Shown in pieces: positions 42,630-48,664 of a DNA stretch of 48,664 bases. The notes beneath the pieces are model-generated. The model worked only from the letters and a program-made list of their open reading frames with translations, was not told the DNA's origin and ran no database searches. Where the stretch lies: NCBI GenBank assembly GCA_964639335.1, contig CAZXCJ010000002.1, forward strand, positions 1 to 48,664. Direction: 5' to 3'. Numbering within the stretch: the stretch's first letter is position 1; each line of letters starts with the position of its first letter. The position numbers and the translations under genes were made by a program. The stretch comes from an uncultured Gammaproteobacteria bacterium (GTDB lineage: Bacteria > Patescibacteriota > Patescibacteriia > UBA1558 > S5-K13).

Positions 42630-43151
42630 TTAAATATGTAATTTATATTTTTGATCAAGTTTTCTTTTTAAATCCTTTTTTTTCATATCTTCTCGCTTGT
42701 CATATTTTTTCTTACCGCTGGCTAAAGCAATTTCTATTTTGATAAGATTGTTTTTAATAAAAATTTTAGTGGGTACAATGGCATAGTTTTTTTGATTAAG
42801 GAATGTTTTTAATTTTATAATTTCTTTTTTGTTTAATAAAATTTTTATATCTCTGCCTGGTTTATGTTTGATTGTATTTAGATTTGATTTTTTATATTTG
42901 GGAATTTTTATATTTGTTAAATAGGCCTGATTATTTTTTCCCGCAAACGGGATCCCGCTTGTCCCGCTTTTGCGGTGGCTCTGCGGTGATATTTTAATAA
43001 AAGAACCATCTAAATTTATTTTTTGACTTTTGATTGATTTAACTTCATCACCGAATAAAATCATACCAGCTTTAAAAGTTTCTTTAATTTGATAAAGGTG
43101 GTTTATTTTTTTATTTAGAGCGACAATTTTATTTTCAGGTTTTTTAAGCAT
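42630..43151 (-). CDS. smpB: SsrA-binding protein SmpB carrying an in-frame GC-rich insert
   Basis: NKKINHLYQIKETFKAGMILFGDEVKSIK...ILLNKKEIIKL...IEIALASGKKKYDKRED plus a basic C-tail. Confidence 0.9.
   Translation of the reverse strand: MLKKPENKIVALNKKINHLYQIKETFKAGMILFGDEVKSIKSQKINLDGSFIKISPQSHRKSGTSGIPFAGKNNQAYLTNIKIPKYKKSNLNTIKHKPGRDIKILLNKKEIIKLKTFLNQKNYAIVPTKIFIKNNLIKIEIALASGKKKYDKREDMKKKDLKRKLDQKYKLHI
42940..42989. repeat. GC-rich module inside smpB (homologue of 3891-3919 in recG)
   Basis: cccgcaaacgggatcccgcttgtcccgcttttgcggtggctctgcggtga encodes SPQSHRKSGTSGIPFAGK. Confidence 0.8.
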
Positions 43152-43304
43152 ATATTTAGTATATAGTATATAGGAAAAAGTATAAAGGTTGCCTTGTTAA
43201 ATAATATTATTAAAATGATAATTTTAACCTGTTAAATATTATCTAAAATGATAATTTAACAGGTTTAACAGGTTTAACAGGTTAAATAGGGTAAAAAATT
43301 TAAA

Positions 43305-43437
43305 GTTGCCCTCCTGCGCTACCACCTACGTTAAAACTTCCTCCTCCGATAAATCTTCGGAGGATAAATCGGAGGTCAAGAAAGCTACGGCGGGCCACGT
43401 TTGACGTGGCAGGCAGGCAAGTTGCAAGGTGGGTGTG
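43305..43437. repeat. GC-rich hairpin island (long version of the dfx insert)
   Basis: ...cctcctccgataaatcttcggaggataaatcggaggtcaagaaagctacggcgggccacgtttgacgtggcaggcaggc... Confidence 0.8.
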
Positions 43438-43670
43438 AGTATTAAGGAGCAAGGAGTAAGTATTAAGGTATATGCGAAATCTTATCTTCCATATGTTTAA
43501 ATAATAAGTATCCAATACTCTAATTTAACAATTATTAACTATTTATATTGTTTATCAATCATCAACCATTAACTATTATTAATCACAGACGACTTTATCG
43601 CGAATTGTTTAAAAATAAGAGTTAGAATTGTTTTTATTAAAGGCGTTTTAATGATTTAAGGTATCGGATA

Positions 43671-44450
43671 GATGGGTATAGGGTCATTTTTAGTTGTATT
43701 TAAAGTAAATTGATAGATTTTGAATACAATATATCGGATAAAAAAATATTAAATATCGGATAGGTATTTTATTTATTTATAATATATCGGTTATTAAATA
43801 TGGGCAAAAATGGATCTATCGTATAGACATAGTCCTTTTTTAGTTTATTATCTATTTTAAAGGCATATCAGGGTTTTATGATACGATATATTTGTTTTTA
43901 TATTTAATCGAGTAGATGTTTTGGCTATATAAGGTATTTATTTTAGCCATGAGGTTCTTATTTAGCTTAATTAAATGGATATTTTGTTGTTTAAAGTGTT
44001 TATTTGCTTATAAATGTTTATTTAAATTAGCTTTCTTAGCTTGATTAGTTTTTTGGGTTATTAGTTTTTTGGGTTATTAGTTTTTTCCTTTTTTTCTATT
44101 ATTGATTTTAGATTTTTTTATTTAATTTAAATTTAATTCTTATTTAATTTTAAATTTTGTTTTTATTAATTTTTTAATAAAATTTTATATATATTTTAAT
44201 TATTTCAATGATTAATTTTTTTGACTAATTTTATGTTATTTTTTAATAATTTTAGCTGTGGATAACTCTATATATTTTTACAGTTTTTTTTGGCTATTTT
44301 TATTATATCGGTTAGAACTTTAAACGATATGTTTTAGAAGAAAAACAGCCTTTTTTGTTTAAGTGGTTTTTTGGCTTAAATAAGCCACATTTAATATATC
44401 GGATATCTATCGGATGGCTTTAAAGTACCCTTTGTTTATATCGTTATAAT
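43671..44450. repeat. Field of at least 10 dispersed iteron-like ATATCGGWTA / ATATCGTWT motifs in an ORF-free AT-rich region
   Basis: Motif copies lie at about 43671, 43731, 43751, 43783, 43816, 43881(rc), 44304, 44321(rc), 44394, 44408 and 44436. The region also holds the tandem TTAGTTTTTTGGGTTA x2.5 (44045-44090) and a perfect DnaA-box 9-mer TGTGGATAA (44257-44265). Confidence 0.7.
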
Positions 44451-44823
44451 GTTGTATAATTATTAGTAGAAAGGGGCTTTATTGGGAGGGGTAAAAAAGA
44501 TAGATTTTTATAGTTTTTATACTCAAAATGGGGGGTTTAAAAAAGCGTTAAAAAATAAAAAAAATTATTAGTTTTTTCTCAAAAAAATAAAAACAAAAAC
44601 AAAAACAAAAACAAAAAATAAATCCCTACACCTTTTTGAAGAAAGGGTGAGGGATAAAAAATAAAAACAAAAATAGAAGTTATTTTGTTTTTTTGTTTTT
44701 TATAAAAAGCTTAATATAGATTAAATAAGCTAAAAATAGAAATAAACCCTCAAACACCTTTATAAGGTGTGGGGGTGAATCCCTACACCTTTTTAAAAAG
44801 GTGAGCGGATAAAAAGGTTTCCC

Positions 44824-47800
44824 ATGCAACCCACAAACCAAAAAGAAAATATTTCTGAAGAAAAGTTAATTTCTTTAGCTGAAGCAGCTGAATATTGTTC
44901 GTATTCTCAGGACTATTTATCTCTCCGAGCAAGGCAGGGGAAACTTAAGTCAGTAAAAAGAGGTCGAAATTGGTTTACCACTAAAGAATGGTTAGAGGAG
45001 TATGAAGGATATATCCCTCTGGCCCAAGCAAGCGAACATTGTTCATACTCTCAAGATTATTTATCTCTTCGCGCTCGCCAAGGAAAACTTAAAGCAATTA
45101 AATTGGGGCGCAACTGGGTAACTAAAAAAGAATGGGTTAGAGAATATGAAAAACAAAATTCAGATTTTAAATTAGAAGAAGATGGAGATTGGAAGCCAAT
45201 AGAAAAAAAAGAAATTCAAGACGAAGAAGTTTTGGAACATTTAGATAATTTGGAAAAAGTTTCAGCAAAAGGATCTGCAAAAGATTTAGAATCTTCAAAA
45301 TTATTAAAACCGATAAATTTAAAAGATGGCTGGGCCAATCTTTTTTATTCTACAAAAAATTTATTTTTAGATCTAGGACATTATTTTTCTAATTTAAAAT
45401 TAAAGAAATTAGCAACTGATAAAAAATTACCTCGCTTTAAATTTAATAACTATTCTTTAGATCAATTTTTAAGGTCTTTAAATTTTAGCGTTGCTCTTTT
45501 AATTATTTTTATATCTTTAAGAACCATTACTCCAATTGCTTTAGGTTTTTATGAAAATCAGGGTGGCGATTTAAAAAATTTATTATCTAGGTCTTCGGAA
45601 AAAATAATTTCAGTTTCTAATAATACTTTTCAAAATATTAGTTATCAACTATCAAATTTTAATGAAGATTTAGTTCAGAGGTACCGCGAGCTTCCTGAGC
45701 AAATTAATTTAAGCTATTTGGTTTTAAAAAATAATTTAAAGAATTTAGATTATTCATTGAGAGAAAGGTTTAATATTTTTGATTTAGAAAAAAAACAATT
45801 TGATGTTTCTAAATTATCTCAAATCGGATTAGATATAGTATCTTATAGTGATGCCTCTAAAATATTATTGGACAGAGATTCTATTTTAGATGAAAATGCA
45901 AAAAGTGAGGTTTTGGGGGTTAGTGAAGAAAATGTTTTAGTTTCTGAAGATTATTTTTCTAAAAAAGGAATTATTTCTCGGTTTTGGGGACTCTTTAATA
46001 AAATAAATTCTTATAGAGAACTTCCTGAAAAAATTTCTAAGGAATTGGCTCAAAAATCATCAGATATAAATTTGGCTTTTTGGAAAAATCTATTAGGGGC
46101 CTTTAAAGATATTTTAAATATTGGGGAAACTCAATATGCTATAAAACAAGTACCCTTAGAATTAGGAGGGGCACCAATTGTTGTTAAAAATTATTATACT
46201 ACCGACTCAGGACAGATGATTGAAGTTAAGGGAGAAAGGGGAGAGCGGGGTCTTTTGGGACAAGAAGGTCCCCCCGGCCCCGAAGGTTCGCAAGGGCCAC
46301 CGGGAGAGAGAGGTCCTTCTGGAAGCGGTGGAGGAGGAACAACAATAATTCAAGGCGCTTCTTTAGACGGAAACAATACATGGACGAATACAAATACATT
46401 TACAGCCCAAGTTCTCATGAAAGACCTTGGGGTTTCGCGTTATTTGGGTAGTAGATATTTATCAGTAGCTGATGCGCTTTCTGTTCAAAGCGATGAAGAA
46501 GGAGGAATGGTTGTTAATGCAGACGCTACTTTTAACGACCCAGTAATTTTTAATGATACAGTAGATATAATAGGGGCTTTAAGTTTAACTGGCGATTTAA
46601 ATTTAATCGGCAATGAAACAATTTCGGGAAATTTAGAAGTAGGCGGCAATTTAGATGTTTTAGGAATTGGGACATTTGCTACATTCACAACTCCTTATGA
46701 TAATGTGATTACAGTTGCTAAAAGCGGTGGGGACCATGTAAGCATTACGGATGCTTTAAATTCCATTACAGATAATTCTAGCACGAATAAATATTTAGTC
46801 AGGGTAATGCCGGGCATATACACAGAGTCGGTGATTATGAAAGAATATGTAGATTTAATTTCCGAGGGTGGTAGAGAGGTTACAGAAATTACTCAGGCAG
46901 ATGCTGGATTGATTACTGCAACTTCTTCATCACGAATTGAGGGTTTTGCTTTGTCAATTAGTGACTTGGGCTCTATAACAACGACCACAAAAAACATTAT
47001 TACAATAGCAACCAGCACAAGTCCTTATATTGCAGATTGTAAATTAGAATTAGATTCCAGTACCACTACTATCGGTTATGGCATAGCTGTAATTACTGGC
47101 AGTCCTATTTTTGAAAATTTAGAAATGAGTGGCAATGCTTTGGCTAGAGGTTTAAGTTTAACCGGAGTCGGAACTTCTACAATAATGAATTCAGTCATCA
47201 CTGCTACTGAAGATGATTTATATGCCAGCGCTGGAATTATAAAATCAAAATATAATAGATTGCTTGGTTCTAATAATAATATTACTACTTTGGCCAGCGC
47301 GATTATTGAAACAAGCTTTGATGAATATAAAACAACTAATATTGCTGACTCTAATCAATTTCATCATTATGCTTTTGGGGCCACTCCTTCTACTACAGCT
47401 CCGAGTTTGTTAATCCAACCGCAAGGCACGACTAGTTTTGATACTACAACTACAACATATTTAATGGTAAATGCCTCATCTGGTTTTGATGGGAATCTTT
47501 TTGATTTGCAGGTTGATGGTACGACTTTATTTAGTGTTGATTCTGATGGAAATGTTTTTCAAGTTGCTTCTTTCAACAGCGATTTAATTCCTTTATTTGA
47601 TAATACCTTTGATGTTGGCAGCGAGGTGGCTAGATGGAGAAGAGGATTTTTTTCAGATTATTTACAAATATCCAAAGACGACAAAACAGCAACTAGTACT
47701 TTTGATTATAACAATATTTCAACTCAAGCTACAGATTTTACTATGCAGACGGCAGCAGGTTATGATTTGAATTTAGTCTCGGGAGATGATTTAGAAATTA

Positions 47801-48664
47801 CGGCAACTTCTACCAATATTACGGGACGCCTAGCTGTCACCGCTTCTTCTACCCAAGCTTTCACAGTGGGTGATGATTTAGGCTACACTCTAGTAGTTGA
47901 TACAGTTAATGATGATTTATGGATTGGGGCTGATGCTTCTAGTACAGCTCCTTTTTATGTTGATTCTTCCGAAGCTAGTTTAAGATTAGCTACCGGCATC
48001 GCTACTACCACCCATGGAGCCGATTATTTAACTTCTCAAAATGAATATACTTTACAAACTACCAGCGGTAATTTAATTTTAACTTCTGCCGCATTACTAG
48101 ATATTAATGCTGGAGCAGATTTAGATTTAGATGTTACTGGTAATGGAACTATTGATACTAGCGGAACATTAACAGTTAATTCAGTTGGTAATTCATCTTG
48201 GACTACTACTTCTGGAGATTTAAGTGTTGTCACAGCGACAGCTGGAGACATTAATGTTACTTCGGCCGAAGACATTGCTTTGCAAGCTGGAACAGATATG
48301 TCATTAACTTATGGTAATACTTTCTTGCTAACTGATGGCACACCAAGATTTGAAATCGGACCAAGCGGAATTATTACTCTAGGAGATTCTTCGGCTAGTA
48401 CAACTTTAGATACTTACAACTACGATATCAATGCCGCTAACAATTATACTTTGTCAGCAGTAGGTAATATTGATCTGGCCGGAGTAAATTATACTTTAAC
48501 TACTTCTGGAACATACGATCGTCTAATATCAGGAGTAGCTAGCACTACATATTTAAGTCATGCGACTTCCACAATCTTAGGAAACTATACTGTTGATTCT
48601 ACGGGACAAATTAGTTTTGATTCTGATGCGGAAGTAATTATTGGTGGAACTTTAGTAAGTATTG
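44824..48664 (+). CDS. Giant surface protein (at least 1280 aa, 3' end beyond the window): two N-terminal HTH-like repeats, a TM helix, a collagen-like (G-X-Y)12 stretch and a beta-helix / fibre-like region
   Basis: It is absent from the ORF track, probably because it has no stop in the window. I translated the frame by hand and found no stop from the ATG at 44824 to 48664. It starts MQPTNQKENISEEKLISLAEAAEYCSYSQDYLSLRARQGKLKSVKRGRNWFTTKEWLEEY, then repeats SEHCSYSQDYLSLRARQGKLKAIKLGRNWVTKKEWVREY. The TM helix is around LNFSVALLIIFISLRTITPIALGF. GERGERGLLGQEGPPGPEGSQGPPGERGPSGSGGGG lies at 46231-46338. A pectin-lyase-like segment follows (VAKSGGDHVSITDALNSI...YLVRVMPGIYTE), then Thr/Ser/Gly-rich repeats. 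Confidence 0.8.
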   Translation, partial: MQPTNQKENISEEKLISLAEAAEYCSYSQDYLSLRARQGKLKSVKRGRNWFTTKEWLEEYEGYIPLAQASEHCSYSQDYLSLRARQGKLKAIKLGRNWVTKKEWVREYEKQNSDFKLEEDGDWKPIEKKEIQDEEVLEHLDNLEKVSAKGSAKDLESSKLLKPINLKDGWANLFYSTKNLFLDLGHYFSNLKLKKLATDKKLPRFKFNNYSLDQFLRSLNFSVALLIIFISLRTITPIALGFYENQGGDLKNLLSRSSEKIISVSNNTFQNISYQLSNFNEDLVQRYRELPEQINLSYLVLKNNLKNLDYSLRERFNIFDLEKKQFDVSKLSQIGLDIVSYSDASKILLDRDSILDENAKSEVLGVSEENVLVSEDYFSKKGIISRFWGLFNKINSYRELPEKISKELAQKSSDINLAFWKNLLGAFKDILNIGETQYAIKQVPLELGGAPIVVKNYYTTDSGQMIEVKGERGERGLLGQEGPPGPEGSQGPPGERGPSGSGGGGTTIIQGASLDGNNTWTNTNTFTAQVLMKDLGVSRYLGSRYLSVADALSVQSDEEGGMVVNADATFNDPVIFNDTVDIIGALSLTGDLNLIGNETISGNLEVGGNLDVLGIGTFATFTTPYDNVITVAKSGGDHVSITDALNSITDNSSTNKYLVRVMPGIYTESVIMKEYVDLISEGGREVTEITQADAGLITATSSSRIEGFALSISDLGSITTTTKNIITIATSTSPYIADCKLELDSSTTTIGYGIAVITGSPIFENLEMSGNALARGLSLTGVGTSTIMNSVITATEDDLYASAGIIKSKYNRLLGSNNNITTLASAIIETSFDEYKTTNIADSNQFHHYAFGATPSTTAPSLLIQPQGTTSFDTTTTTYLMVNASSGFDGNLFDLQVDGTTLFSVDSDGNVFQVASFNSDLIPLFDNTFDVGSEVARWRRGFFSDYLQISKDDKTATSTFDYNNISTQATDFTMQTAAGYDLNLVSGDDLEITATSTNITGRLAVTASSTQAFTVGDDLGYTLVVDTVNDDLWIGADASSTAPFYVDSSEASLRLATGIATTTHGADYLTSQNEYTLQTTSGNLILTSAALLDINAGADLDLDVTGNGTIDTSGTLTVNSVGNSSWTTTSGDLSVVTATAGDINVTSAEDIALQAGTDMSLTYGNTFLLTDGTPRFEIGPSGIITLGDSSASTTLDTYNYDINAANNYTLSAVGNIDLAGVNYTLTTSGTYDRLISGVASTTYLSHATSTILGNYTVDSTGQISFDSDAEVIIGGTLVSI

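Noticed and set aside
43300-43515. 71-aa minus-strand ORF upstream of smpB
   Set aside because: It is composed of the GC-rich hairpin island (the long version of the dfx insert). It has no start context and a repeat-driven composition.
43152-43520. tmRNA (ssrA) next to smpB
   Set aside because: I looked on both strands around smpB for a tRNA-Ala-like acceptor/T-arm (GGTTCGA..TCC..CCACCA) and for a tag reading frame. I found only repeat modules and word repeats.
44257-44265. Calling the AT-rich region an oriC on the strength of the perfect DnaA box TGTGGATAA
   Set aside because: It is a single perfect box, and an identical 11-mer, tgtggataact, also occurs at 18637-18647 after lgt. No dnaA or dnaN is nearby, and I cannot compute skew. 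It is kept only as one hypothesis in the iteron finding.

Overview
This is an AT-rich, tightly packed bacterial window read under the standard genetic code. By eye it resembles a small-genome uncultured lineage (Patescibacteria/CPR-like), but that is an inference; I ran no searches, and all domain calls come from motifs I could read in the translations.

Core genes:
- DNA repair and replication: recG, mutM, ligA.
- Translation: gatC, gatA, smpB, the infC-rpmI-rplT operon and tRNA-Asp.
- Oxidative stress: rubrerythrin and desulfoferrodoxin.
- Envelope: lgt, a DsbA-like protein, and a prepilin peptidase with four pilin-like genes.
- Transport: a MacAB-like ABC efflux operon.

Main finding: a complete diversity-generating retroelement (DGR) at about 30.2-36.7 kb.
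- The target is a 1212-aa membrane-anchored LamG/lectin protein whose last 118 nt form the variable repeat (VR).
- It is followed by an Avd-like four-helix-bundle gene, a 118-nt template repeat (TR) and a DGR-type reverse transcriptase.
- TR and VR differ at 14 positions, and every one is an adenine in TR.
- The DGR is unusual in three ways: a DUF559 nuclease cassette sits between VR and avd, the RT carries a roughly 75-aa in-frame insert, and related hairpins flank VR and TR.

Second theme: heavy colonisation by repeats.
- GC-rich hairpin modules form mosaic intergenic islands.
- The same modules sit in-frame inside recG, smpB, dfx and the RT.
- A roughly 100-bp element with inverted-repeat ends supplies the start codons of ligA and the DGR target.
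- AT-rich tandem 'word' repeats of 7-9 bp abut start codons.

Other accessory content:
- Three DUF559 genes plus one deletion remnant.
- A GIY-YIG gene inside the infC operon.
- A truncated RAYT-like transposase fragment.
- Three type II toxin-antitoxin (TA) modules.
- An M23 peptidase with a T9SS-type C-terminal domain.
- A 1.3-kb ORF-free field of iteron-like repeats upstream of a giant HTH-TM-collagen-like protein that runs off the window.

I saw no rRNA genes and no CRISPR array.
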